From contig FR899415.1 in the NCBI GenBank assembly GCA_000437315.1, forward strand, positions 23,713 through 87,712: 64,000 bases of DNA. The letters run 5' to 3'. Positions 39,589 to 49,779 of the stretch are shown here, in pieces. The translations under genes and the position numbers were made by a program. This stretch comes from Mycoplasma sp. CAG:472 (GTDB lineage Bacteria > Bacillota_I > Bacilli_A > RF39 > UBA660). The notes below the pieces were generated by a model. It worked only from the letters and a program-made list of their open reading frames with translations, did not search any database and had not been told where the DNA came from. Each line of letters begins with the position of its first letter. Within the stretch, counting starts at the first letter, position 1.

Positions 39589-40764
39589 CTACCCTTCACA
39601 AACATCTTTTGTTTCATCATATTCTATAGGATTATTTACAGTGCCTATAAAATAAATATTATTACTTCCTATTTTTCTAATTAAATACACAAATGGTTTA
39701 TTAAATATTACAGATTTTGCTTCTGAAACTGAATTTGAATCAAATATCGCTCCGGAGGCTGCCGCAGCTTTAGTACCACTTTCCATAAAATCTATATATG
39801 TTTTTTGAACAATTGAGCTTACATATATATCTTCAGCAATACCACCAAAATTTGCTTTTTCTTTATTAAACATATCTTTTATTCCCAAACTTTCAAGAAT
39901 ACCTTTTACATTATTAACATTATATTCATATTTAAATCTAGGTATTTGAATATGAGATTTGCTTTCAGTTATGGAATTTTTTATTACATCATTTGATATA
40001 TTATTAATTACATCTTGAATATCTTTTTTAGGAAGAAGTCCAATAAATTCATATTGTGAATTATCAGAAAGTTTTTCATAATCTTTTATAAATCCTGTAT
40101 AGTAATCACTTTCTAAATATTTTTCATTAGAATTCATCATATAAACATTTTTATCTAAGAAATTACCCATTGTAGTTTTATTACAATCAAACTCTTCATC
40201 CCATCTAAAATTAATACCAATTGCATTTACTAAAGCCATAATTGTATCAACTGAATTAACGCTATCGCTAGGAAATAATTCATTAATCATATTATATGTT
40301 TTTTCTGAAACCCATTTATTTATATTATCAGCATTTATAAATTCATCATATAAAACTTCACTATGATAATTAATTTTAAGAGCTGTAGCAAATGTATTAT
40401 TAATATCATTTTTATATTTATTATTAATCCACATACTATTTGCCATTGATATTTTACTATCTATATTTTCCATAGGCTGTAAATCATAATTATCAAGAGC
40501 AATATTAAGTTCATTTAAAGTATTACCCTTTGCCCCACTTTGAATCATTGATAGTAAATAAGCCATAGATAAAGGACTTACCAAAGTATTATCATTACCC
40601 TCAATTTGTTTTATAAACTTATAATCAAACTTATTATTCTTATTAAGAGAAATATTGGGTTTAGTACCACTTCCTTTTTTATTATGAACTATATATCCTG
40701 TTAACAAAAATATACTGCATATTAAAAGTGCTCCGATTATAAACAACATTTCTTTTCTTTTCAT
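39589..40764 (-). CDS. serpin-family protein with N-terminal membrane anchor
   Basis: NTLVSPLSMAYLLSMIQSGAKGNTLNELNIAL (serpin N-terminal signature), MALVNAIGINFRW, hinge/RCL ESGTKAAAASGA and FNKPFVYLIRK. Confidence 0.8.
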   Translation of the reverse strand: MKRKEMLFIIGALLICSIFLLTGYIVHNKKGSGTKPNISLNKNNKFDYKFIKQIEGNDNTLVSPLSMAYLLSMIQSGAKGNTLNELNIALDNYDLQPMENIDSKISMANSMWINNKYKNDINNTFATALKINYHSEVLYDEFINADNINKWVSEKTYNMINELFPSDSVNSVDTIMALVNAIGINFRWDEEFDCNKTTMGNFLDKNVYMMNSNEKYLESDYYTGFIKDYEKLSDNSQYEFIGLLPKKDIQDVINNISNDVIKNSITESKSHIQIPRFKYEYNVNNVKGILESLGIKDMFNKEKANFGGIAEDIYVSSIVQKTYIDFMESGTKAAAASGAIFDSNSVSEAKSVIFNKPFVYLIRKIGSNNIYFIGTVNNPIEYDETKDVCEG

Positions 40765-40903
40765 AAAACATTCCTACTCTCTACTTTAAATGATACCATA
40801 ATTAAACTAAAATTACAATTAGAAAGCATATAAAAAAATATAGCAATTTTATTACATATTTTTGTTTTATAAAAACACTTCATAAAATGCTATACTTATT
40901 TAT

Positions 40904-42526
40904 TTATTTATTATTCTTTTTTAAACAAATAGCTAAATATACTGGAATTGTTACAATAATTGGATTCATATATCTTAAATATGCATTAACCGGAGATAAA
41001 AAGCAAAATGCAAGTGTTAAAAGTATAGGTATCGAAAATATTAAATTTGTATACCTTTTCTTATACAACGTATAACCTATTAATATTAATAGCATCCAAG
41101 TATAAACACCAGTATTGTAAATTAAACCAATACCCTTTGTAACCTTTAATTTATTTGTAAAATTAGTAATAAAATTTCTTTCTGTTTTAAAAGTTTTAAG
41201 ATAATGTAAATCAAAATAACCAGTATTAACTCTTTTATTATAAACAACAATAAACCATGCAACACCATCTTTATAATCCTTTTTAAGAGGATAAAAATAA
41301 CCATAATAGTTTTCTAAAAAACTATCTACATAAACCTTAGGATGCTTTTTAAAACATTTGAACCAAAATTTAAAGTATTCAATTAATTCTTTTTTGTCAT
41401 TAACTTTCCAAGGAAATTTAACTGGATCTGATAGTTCAGGTTGATATTTCTTTTTTATTTCTTTTATACTCATTCTATAAAGGTTTTCTACATAATTTCT
41501 TTCTTTTTTTGAAAGCTGTTTATCATAGTATTTAATATATCTAGCAGTTTGTTGAATTGGTACAGATAAAGTTTCCCTAATATTTGAAGGTTGAATCTTA
41601 AAATAATCTAATGACTTATTATAACTAAATTGAAATAATATAAATATTAAAATAAATGAAACTGCTTTTTTTCTAAGATTTTTTTTAAATAGATATGGAA
41701 TAAGTGAGGCAATAACAATGTATATACCATTATTTCTAAATAAAATTACAAGCATACTAAACAAAAATAATAAATATGTATTTTTTTTAGAATTATCTAA
41801 ATAAAATTTATAATAATAAATTAAAAACCAAATAAAAAATAAATAATAGTAAGTATCCTTTACAATTGTATAGCCATTTACGTACCATACTGGATTAAAC
41901 AAGAAAAATATAAAAGTAAGTACTCTAATTATTTTAGACGTTTTAATGTCTTTCATAAACTTTAAAATATATGCAAATGTAAAACACGAAAACATTAACT
42001 GAGGAAATGTATATAAAAATATACCTAGATTGTCATTATAAATAAGTCTACCAAGTTTCATAGATAATCCCATAATTAATGTTGGAAATACAGGATGATG
42101 ATTAGAAAATGCATCTATCTTATAAAAATAATTTAATTCTTGGAGTCCATCCCAATGAACAGGACCTGGATAATAAAAAATTATAAACGGAATACTGAAA
42201 ATGAAAAATATAATAAATGTTATAAGAAGTGGGTTTTTTTCAAATATAAAATTATAAAGTTTATTACCTTTTTCTTTATTATTACTAATTTTATCTAATA
42301 GTTTAAATATTATAATTAAAAGTATATAAATTAAAGCTAAAAGTATTATAAAAGCAAAAAAAGTTTTTATAATATTTTTTTTATAAAATAAACTATCTAT
42401 AACATGAAATTTTTTGATAGTATAGCCAAATAAAAAACATGTAGTCAAAATAAAACTTAATATAATCCCAACTTTTGATAACTTCTTCATAAATAGTATT
42501 TTACCATGATAATTAGTATTATTCAA
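40904..42526 (-). CDS. polytopic membrane protein (possible GT-C-type glycosyltransferase/YfhO-like)
   Basis: More than 10 predicted TM helices. No catalytic motif confidently recognised. Confidence 0.5.
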   Translation of the reverse strand: MNNTNYHGKILFMKKLSKVGIILSFILTTCFLFGYTIKKFHVIDSLFYKKNIIKTFFAFIILLALIYILLIIIFKLLDKISNNKEKGNKLYNFIFEKNPLLITFIIFFIFSIPFIIFYYPGPVHWDGLQELNYFYKIDAFSNHHPVFPTLIMGLSMKLGRLIYNDNLGIFLYTFPQLMFSCFTFAYILKFMKDIKTSKIIRVLTFIFFLFNPVWYVNGYTIVKDTYYYLFFIWFLIYYYKFYLDNSKKNTYLLFLFSMLVILFRNNGIYIVIASLIPYLFKKNLRKKAVSFILIFILFQFSYNKSLDYFKIQPSNIRETLSVPIQQTARYIKYYDKQLSKKERNYVENLYRMSIKEIKKKYQPELSDPVKFPWKVNDKKELIEYFKFWFKCFKKHPKVYVDSFLENYYGYFYPLKKDYKDGVAWFIVVYNKRVNTGYFDLHYLKTFKTERNFITNFTNKLKVTKGIGLIYNTGVYTWMLLILIGYTLYKKRYTNLIFSIPILLTLAFCFLSPVNAYLRYMNPIIVTIPVYLAICLKKNNK

Positions 42527-42565
42527 TTTTTAATGTAATTATTTACACTATTTTACACTTTTGTC

Positions 42566-43474
42566 CTAAATTATTAATTTAAATTCTCTTGCAAATATTC
42601 TTTCATCAGAAGAGTATTCAATTATGTACTTATTATTCCTAGCACATATAATAATTCCAATAGTTTTATCATCAGATAAAACTTTTACATTTTTATCAAT
42701 ATAATTCATATAAACCTCAACCTGACCTATATGTTCTTTCTTAAGTTCCGTTACTTTGAGTTCAACAACTACATAGCATTTAAATTTCACATTATATAAA
42801 AGTAAGTCTATGTAATTGTAATTATTTCCTATTTTAATTTTGTATTCACTACCAATATAACTAAAACCATCACCTAATTGTTTTAAAAAGTTATCTAAAT
42901 TACCAAGTATTGCCTGCTTAAGCGCATATTCAGTTAAAATTTCCTTATTAATTTCAGTTTTTATTAATATTGGATCTGGAACTAGATCAGGTAGTTTTAG
43001 TTCTTCATTCGTAATTAATTTATTTTTAGTTTCTTCGTCAAGTCTTTCATACTCTTTGGATTTAATAAGACTTCTCAAACTTCTTACATCTAAATTTCTT
43101 TGCTTACATATTTTAATATAATAATTAATTTTATTTATGTCATTTAACGGTAAAAGTTCTGAATAATGACTCCAGGTCAAAAGTGTCGACATTGTCGACA
43201 CTTTTTGTTCAATATTTTGTTCGCCAAACAAATTATAAAATTGTTTCATTCTAAATAGAGTTCTTCGATTATATTTTTTACCAACTTCATTAGTTAATTT
43301 TTCTGCATATTTTCCGATAATATCATTACCATACTCTTTTCCAGCCTCACTTAAAAGTTTACCCACTTCCAAATAAGTAAGAACTTTATTTCTTTCTTTA
43401 GAATAATCCTTTACCTTTGCATAAATCTCATTTTTTAATAATTTTTCTTTAATTTCATCATAATAATTTATCAT
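42566..43474 (-). CDS. YhcG/DUF1016-family PD-(D/E)XK nuclease (one N-terminal module)
   Basis: N-terminal DUF1016-like helical module (NKVLTYLEVGKLLSEAGKEYGNDIIGKYAEKL...RTLFRMKQFY). C-terminal PDDEXK core (IDLLLYNVKFKCYVVVELKVTELK). Likely start MINYYDEIKEK. Confidence 0.7.
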   Translation of the reverse strand: MINYYDEIKEKLLKNEIYAKVKDYSKERNKVLTYLEVGKLLSEAGKEYGNDIIGKYAEKLTNEVGKKYNRRTLFRMKQFYNLFGEQNIEQKVSTMSTLLTWSHYSELLPLNDINKINYYIKICKQRNLDVRSLRSLIKSKEYERLDEETKNKLITNEELKLPDLVPDPILIKTEINKEILTEYALKQAILGNLDNFLKQLGDGFSYIGSEYKIKIGNNYNYIDLLLYNVKFKCYVVVELKVTELKKEHIGQVEVYMNYIDKNVKVLSDDKTIGIIICARNNKYIIEYSSDERIFAREFKLII

Positions 43475-43475
43475 T

Positions 43476-44690
43476 TTAACACATCCTTTCCATTTTAAAT
43501 TCACTTTTAAATATTCTTTCATCAGAGCAGTACTCAATTACATATCTATTATTTCTTGCACATATAATTATTCCTATTGTTTTATCATTGTAAGGTTTCT
43601 TAATTACTTTATCAACATAGTTCATATAATTTTGAATTTGCCCTATATGTTCTTCCTTAAGTTCTGTAACTTTGAGTTCAATAATAACGAAGCACCTATA
43701 TTTCACATTATATAAAAGTAAATCTATATAATTATACTTACTTCCAATTTTAATTTTATATTCATTGCCAACATAACAAAAACCGTTACCTAACCATTTT
43801 AAAAAGTTATCTAAGTTATTAAGTATTATTTGTCTAAGCGCATATTCAGTTAATTTTTCTTGATTAAATTCACTTTTGACTAATATTGTGTCTTGTACTA
43901 AATCTGGTAGTTTCAACTTTTCATTTGTAATTAATTTATTCTTAGTTTTCTCGCTAAGTCTTTCATATTCATTGGATTGAATAGCGTTTTTTAAACGCCT
44001 TACATTCAAATTTCTTTGAACACATATTTTAATATAATAATTTATTTCATTAACATTTTTTAATGTAATAAGTTCTCTATAATGACTCCAGGTCAAAATT
44101 GAACACAGTGTGTTCAATTTTTCACTATTAAATATTTCATAAAATTTTCTCATATTATGTAGAGCTCTTAAATTATATTTTTTACCTACTTCATTAACTA
44201 ATTTTTCAGCGTATTGTCCTATGATATCATTACCATACTCTTTACCGGCCTCGCTTAAAAGTTTACCTACCTCATAATAAGTAAGAACTTTATTTCTTTC
44301 TTTTGAATAATCTTTTACCTTTGCATAGATTTCATTTTTTAATAATTTCTCTTTAATTTCATCTATATTTTTTAATGATAAAAATTCTCTATAATGACTC
44401 GATAGCAAAATTGAACCGAATGGGTACAATTTTTCACTATTAAATATTTCATAAAATTTTCTCATATTATATAGAGTTCTTCGATTATATTTTTTACCTA
44501 CTTCAATAGCTAATTTATCAGCATATTGGCCTATAATATCATTACCATACTCTTTACCAGCTTCACTTAAAAATTTACCTACTTCATAATAAGTAAGAAC
44601 TTTATTTCTTTCTTTTGAATAATCTTTTACAGTTGCATAAATTTCATTTTTTGATAATTTTTCTTTGATTTCATCATAATAATTTACCAT
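43476..44690 (-). CDS. YhcG/DUF1016-family PD-(D/E)XK nuclease with duplicated N-terminal module
   Basis: N-terminal module present twice in tandem (about 88% nucleotide identity between 44201..44370 and 44490..44690). C-terminal IDLLLYNVKYRCFVIIELKVTELK. Confidence 0.7.
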   Translation of the reverse strand: MVNYYDEIKEKLSKNEIYATVKDYSKERNKVLTYYEVGKFLSEAGKEYGNDIIGQYADKLAIEVGKKYNRRTLYNMRKFYEIFNSEKLYPFGSILLSSHYREFLSLKNIDEIKEKLLKNEIYAKVKDYSKERNKVLTYYEVGKLLSEAGKEYGNDIIGQYAEKLVNEVGKKYNLRALHNMRKFYEIFNSEKLNTLCSILTWSHYRELITLKNVNEINYYIKICVQRNLNVRRLKNAIQSNEYERLSEKTKNKLITNEKLKLPDLVQDTILVKSEFNQEKLTEYALRQIILNNLDNFLKWLGNGFCYVGNEYKIKIGSKYNYIDLLLYNVKYRCFVIIELKVTELKEEHIGQIQNYMNYVDKVIKKPYNDKTIGIIICARNNRYVIEYCSDERIFKSEFKMERMC

Positions 44691-44893
44691 TTTGTTCCTC
44701 CATTTCTAAACGATTTAAACTTTTACTGCAAAATAAAAAGCAGAAAAACATACCATTTTTCTTAAGAAAAGGTATATTTTTCCGCTTCGTATATATTTAT
44801 TACCTCTATTAAAATATATGTAATCGTCTAATAATAATTGCTTGGTTTATAAGAGGTTTACCTTGCATATCAATAATATCAAAAATAATTTTA

Positions 44894-46309
44894 TTAATCA
44901 AGCTTTTTATGAAGTAAATCTTTTGTAATAATTGGATTAGCTTTACCCCTGGTTTCTTTCATAACTTGACCAACAAAGAAATCAAAAATATTAGTTCTAC
45001 CATTTTTATATTCGGTAATTTCTTTTTCATGTGAAGATAAAATTCTATCAATTATACTTTCAATTAAGTTTTCATCACTTACTTGTGCATCTTCTTTAGA
45101 AATAAAGTTTTTAGGTTCTTTCTTTTCCTCTAAAGATTTATAGAAAACTTCTTTTACCCCTTTTGATGATAAAATTCCGCTTTCTTTTGCATCATTAATT
45201 TGTTTTAAAAATTCTGGTTTTAAATAAAAATCATTTATATTAATATCTTTTTCGTTTATATATGAAGTAATAATTCCGTTAATGTAATTTGCAGCTATAA
45301 TTGGTTTAATTCCTACTTCTACACATTTTTCAAAATAATTTGCAATATTAATATCCTTAATTAAAATATTAGCATTATATTCATCAAGGCATAAATTATT
45401 CATATAATTATCTTTTCTTATGTCCGCTAAAACAGGAATAGTTTTTCTAATATTCTCAATAAAATCATCAGTTATTTCATAAGGTGGAATATTAGGTTCT
45501 ACAAAATATTTATAATCAATTGCATCAGCTTTACTACGCATATGAACTGTTGTACCAGATGTCTCATCAAATCTACGAGTTTCTTGATATAATGGTTCGT
45601 TATTTTTTAGTGATTCAAGTTGTCTTTTTTCTTCGTAAAGAATAGCTAGTTTTACATTTGCTAAATTATTTACATTTTTTATTTCAACTTTTGGAGTAAT
45701 ATAATTTCCATTATCATCCATAAGATTTACGTTAACATCACATCTAATTTGACCTTTTTTAGTATCAGCCTCAGAAATACCTGTATATTTATAAATTCTA
45801 CACATTGTTTCTAAAAAGGCTATTGCTTCATCAGCTGAATGCATACAAGGTGCAGTAACTGTTTCAAGAAGTGGTACACCTGCACGATTATAATCAATAA
45901 GTGAAAATGTAGGTAAATGGTCAAGTGCTGCAGCATCTTCCTCTAAATGGATATCTAATATTTCTACATTAAATTTACTACCATTAAGTGAAACCTCTAA
46001 ATTACCATTAATACCTACAGGTCTTGTATTTTGAGTAATTTGATAACCTTTTGGAAGATCAGGATAATAGTAATTTTTCCTATCAAAAATCATATATTTT
46101 GCAACATCACATTTTAATATTAAGGCCATTTCAACTGCTTTCTTAACACATTCTTCATTTAAAGATGGCATAAATCCAGGAAATGCTAAATCAATTTCAT
46201 TAATATTTACATTAGCCATTTTATTATATACATTTGATGATGGTGAAAATACTTTTGTAGTACTTTTCATTTCAGCATGCATTTCAAGGCCAATAACTAA
46301 CTTAGTCAT
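44894..46309 (-). CDS. gatB: Asp-tRNA(Asn)/Glu-tRNA(Gln) amidotransferase subunit B
   Basis: MTKLVIGLEMHAEM..., GatB/YqeY C-terminal domain, operon position after gatA. Confidence 0.9.
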   Translation of the reverse strand: MTKLVIGLEMHAEMKSTTKVFSPSSNVYNKMANVNINEIDLAFPGFMPSLNEECVKKAVEMALILKCDVAKYMIFDRKNYYYPDLPKGYQITQNTRPVGINGNLEVSLNGSKFNVEILDIHLEEDAAALDHLPTFSLIDYNRAGVPLLETVTAPCMHSADEAIAFLETMCRIYKYTGISEADTKKGQIRCDVNVNLMDDNGNYITPKVEIKNVNNLANVKLAILYEEKRQLESLKNNEPLYQETRRFDETSGTTVHMRSKADAIDYKYFVEPNIPPYEITDDFIENIRKTIPVLADIRKDNYMNNLCLDEYNANILIKDINIANYFEKCVEVGIKPIIAANYINGIITSYINEKDININDFYLKPEFLKQINDAKESGILSSKGVKEVFYKSLEEKKEPKNFISKEDAQVSDENLIESIIDRILSSHEKEITEYKNGRTNIFDFFVGQVMKETRGKANPIITKDLLHKKLD

Positions 46310-47735
46310 GGATATCCTCCTTTATAATTTTTTCAATATCATTTGCTACTGCAAGCATATAACTATCATTTTTAAAACCTGATGTAATATTTATACCAAC
46401 TGGCATTCCTTCAAGTTTATTATAAGGTAAAGTTATAGATGGGTATCCACCAAAGTTTCCTATTACTAAATGATTATCAAGTACATTTTCATCTTTACCC
46501 ATTTCATCAGTTGTATCACATATTTTCGGAGCTATATCACTTTGAGCAGGAAGAATTAATCCATCATATTTAGTAAATAATTCATTAAATGTATTTACGA
46601 CTACTCTTCTTACTTTTTTAGCATTAATAAAATATTTTTCTTGATTTTCTTTTTGTAAAATAAATGATCCAATTACAAATCTTCTTTTGATAAGAGAGGA
46701 AAAGTTTTTAGTTCTAAAGTTTTTAATAACATCCATTGCACTTTCGCCTTTTTCACGATGACCAAAACTTATTCCAGTAAGATTTGAGTTATTTGAGGTA
46801 ACCTCAGCACAAGAAATTGATGTATAAACTGGTTTTAATGCTTTTAAAAGGTTTTCATCAATACTTTCTTCATAAATTTCATAACCATTACTCTTTAATA
46901 AATCTAAAAGTTTATTAAAATCATCAATTATCTTAATTGTATTTGAATTTGTATATTTTGATTTATCCACTATTTCTTTAATATAAAATAATTTTTTACT
47001 TCTTAAATTATTAAAATCTTTTGTTAAATCTATTTCATCCATATCCTTAATTGTAGTCATATCTTTATCATCAGAACCCTTAACAGTATTTACTACTGTT
47101 GCAGCATCTATCACAGAATTTGTAATAACCCCAATTGTATCAAGAGAGGAAGCAAAAGCAAAAAGTCCATATCTACTTATAAGACCATAACTTGGTTTAT
47201 AACCCACTACTCCAGTATAAGCTGCTGGTTTTCTAATTGAGTCTCCAGTATCAGTACCAATTGCAAAAGGAACTGTTTTAGTTGCCACTGCAACGGCACT
47301 TCCTGCTGAGGAACCAGCTGAAATTCTTTCTTCGTCATAAGGATTTTTAACTATGCCAGCATTACCAGTAAGGCCAGTTCCACCCATAGCAAGTTCATCC
47401 ATATTAGTTTTACCAATCATTATAGCACCGCTTTGAGAAAGTTTTTCATAAACTGTAGCATTATAAATAGGAACATAGTCTTTTAAAGTATTAGAGCAGG
47501 CTGTCGTTCTGATACCCTTTGTTGAAATATTATCTTTCATTGCATATGGAATACCACTTAATAATGTATTTATTTCATTATTTTCCACTGGATCTAATAC
47601 TAAATTATAAGCATTAAATTTTTCATTTGTTTCTAATATTTTATTTTTAGAAAAATCAATAAGATCTTTTGAAGTAACCTTATTATTTATTAAATCATTA
47701 TGAATTTCAATAATATTTTTATCATAATAGTTCAT
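46302..47735 (-). CDS. gatA: Asp-tRNA(Asn)/Glu-tRNA(Gln) amidotransferase subunit A
   Basis: Amidase signature region (GGSSAGSAVAVA, Ser-cisSer-Lys family). Confidence 0.9.
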   Translation of the reverse strand: MNYYDKNIIEIHNDLINNKVTSKDLIDFSKNKILETNEKFNAYNLVLDPVENNEINTLLSGIPYAMKDNISTKGIRTTACSNTLKDYVPIYNATVYEKLSQSGAIMIGKTNMDELAMGGTGLTGNAGIVKNPYDEERISAGSSAGSAVAVATKTVPFAIGTDTGDSIRKPAAYTGVVGYKPSYGLISRYGLFAFASSLDTIGVITNSVIDAATVVNTVKGSDDKDMTTIKDMDEIDLTKDFNNLRSKKLFYIKEIVDKSKYTNSNTIKIIDDFNKLLDLLKSNGYEIYEESIDENLLKALKPVYTSISCAEVTSNNSNLTGISFGHREKGESAMDVIKNFRTKNFSSLIKRRFVIGSFILQKENQEKYFINAKKVRRVVVNTFNELFTKYDGLILPAQSDIAPKICDTTDEMGKDENVLDNHLVIGNFGGYPSITLPYNKLEGMPVGINITSGFKNDSYMLAVANDIEKIIKEDIHD

Positions 47736-48025
47736 TACTTCACCACCCTTATTATTTCAACTTCTCTATCAATATAGTCATCGCAATTTTTAAGTGCATC
47801 TTCAATATCAATCATTCTTGAAGTCCTTCCATCACGTATTTCTTTTACCATTAAATCCTGAGGAAAATGTAAAGGTTCAACATTTTCTAGTCCCTTTACA
47901 TTATTTATTTTAGACATATTATCATTAATAACATCAAATTCCCTTAATAAAAGTTCATTTTCTTCTTCAGTAAGACCAATTAATAGTTTATCAGCATAAT
48001 CATTTATTATGTCCTTAGTAAACAT
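47735..48025 (-). CDS. gatC: Asp-tRNA(Asn)/Glu-tRNA(Gln) amidotransferase subunit C
   Basis: 96-aa GatC-like protein directly upstream of gatA. Confidence 0.8.
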   Translation of the reverse strand: MFTKDIINDYADKLLIGLTEEENELLLREFDVINDNMSKINNVKGLENVEPLHFPQDLMVKEIRDGRTSRMIDIEDALKNCDDYIDREVEIIRVVK

Positions 48026-49767
48026 TATTTTTCCTCCGTAATGGTAATACCTAACTCTTTTAATTGTTTATCAGTAAGTGTATTTGGACTTCCCATTAAT
48101 AGGTCCATACCTTGTACATTTGGAGGGAATACTTGTACTTCACGAAGATTTTCTTCATCAGTAAGAAGCATTACGATTCTATCAATACCTGGAGCCATAC
48201 CAGCGTGAGGAGGTGCTCCAAAAGTAAAGGCTGTATAAAGACTTCTAAACTTATCTTTAACAACATCTTCACTATAGCCTGCTATAGAAAAGGCTTTTTT
48301 CATAATATTTATATCGTGATTTCTAACTGCTCCTGAGGCCATTTCATTACCATTACATACAAAGTCATATTGATATGCAACTATATCACCAGGATTCATA
48401 TTATTTAAAGCATCAATTCCGCCTTGAGGCATACTAAATGGATTATGTCCAAAATCCCATTTTTTATCTTCTTCATTATATTCAAAGAATGGAAAATCAT
48501 TAACAATACAAAATTCAAATCTATTATGATTAGTAAGTTCTAACTCTTCACCTAAATAGTTACGAAGAAGTCCAGCAATTTTAATTATGTGTTCATCTCC
48601 AGCAAGGATAAATAATACATCACCATCTTTAAGTTCAAATCTTTCATCTAAACTATGTATTTCTTCTTCGGATAAGAATTTTAAGATAGCGCTTTTAATT
48701 TCACCATCATTCTTTTTAAGGTAAGCAAGACCACCTGCTCCTTTACTTTTAACAAACTCCTCTAAATGTTTATACCAAGAATTACTCTTAGTTACATTAG
48801 AGCATTTTATGCATCTAACTATTTTACCTTTAAAACCAGCAAATTCACTATTTTCAAATATATCTGAGGCATCCTCAATAATAAGAGGATTTCTTAAATC
48901 TGGTTTATCGCATCCATATTTTAACATTGCTTCTTTAAAAGATATTCTTCTAAAAGGTGCTGGAGAAACATATTTATCAGTAAAGTTTTTAAATGTTTCA
49001 TAGAATACTTTTTCACCAACTTCGTATACATCTTCATCAGTTGCAAAACTCATTTCAAGGTCTAATTGATAAAATTCAAGTGTTCTATCAGCACGGCAAT
49101 CTTCATCTCTAAAACAAGGAGCTATTTGGAAATATCTATTAAATCCTGATACCATTAAAAGTTGTTTATATATTTGAGGTGCCTGAGGAAGTGCATAAAA
49201 CTTACCATGATAATTCCTTGAGGGAATAACAAAGTCTCTAGCTCCCTCCGGAGAAGATCCAGTAATAATTGGTGTAGTAATTTCAGTAAAATCCATTTCT
49301 TTCATAGTTTTACGGATAAAATCTACTACTTTACTTCTGAAAACTATTTTATCATGTACTTCTTTATTTCTTAAATCAAGATAACGATATTTAAGTCTTG
49401 TTTCTTCATTTGCTTCTTTACTACGATTTATTTCAAAAGGAAGTACATTTTCACATTTACCTAATACTTCAATAGTATCAAGAATTATTTCTATTTCACC
49501 AGTTTTCATATTAGGGTTTACATTACCACTTCTTTTTTGAACAGTACCAGTAATTGTTACAGTACTTTCTCTAGTTAAATCTGAAAGTTTTTCACTTTCT
49601 TCACTTATAACTTGAACAATTCCACTTTCATCACGAACTGTTAAAAATACAAGTGAGCCTAGATTTCTTATTGAATTAATCCAACCACCAATTCTAACTG
49701 TTTTACCAGCATCCTCGATAGTTATTTCTCCACAATATTTATTCCTATATTTATTATTACTATTCAT
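48025..49767 (-). CDS. aspS: aspartate--tRNA ligase (bacterial type)
   Basis: 580 aa, class II motifs (FRDE, GLDR) and GAD insertion domain. Confidence 0.9.
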   Translation of the reverse strand: MNSNNKYRNKYCGEITIEDAGKTVRIGGWINSIRNLGSLVFLTVRDESGIVQVISEESEKLSDLTRESTVTITGTVQKRSGNVNPNMKTGEIEIILDTIEVLGKCENVLPFEINRSKEANEETRLKYRYLDLRNKEVHDKIVFRSKVVDFIRKTMKEMDFTEITTPIITGSSPEGARDFVIPSRNYHGKFYALPQAPQIYKQLLMVSGFNRYFQIAPCFRDEDCRADRTLEFYQLDLEMSFATDEDVYEVGEKVFYETFKNFTDKYVSPAPFRRISFKEAMLKYGCDKPDLRNPLIIEDASDIFENSEFAGFKGKIVRCIKCSNVTKSNSWYKHLEEFVKSKGAGGLAYLKKNDGEIKSAILKFLSEEEIHSLDERFELKDGDVLFILAGDEHIIKIAGLLRNYLGEELELTNHNRFEFCIVNDFPFFEYNEEDKKWDFGHNPFSMPQGGIDALNNMNPGDIVAYQYDFVCNGNEMASGAVRNHDINIMKKAFSIAGYSEDVVKDKFRSLYTAFTFGAPPHAGMAPGIDRIVMLLTDEENLREVQVFPPNVQGMDLLMGSPNTLTDKQLKELGITITEEK

Positions 49768-49779
49768 ATTAAATCCTTT

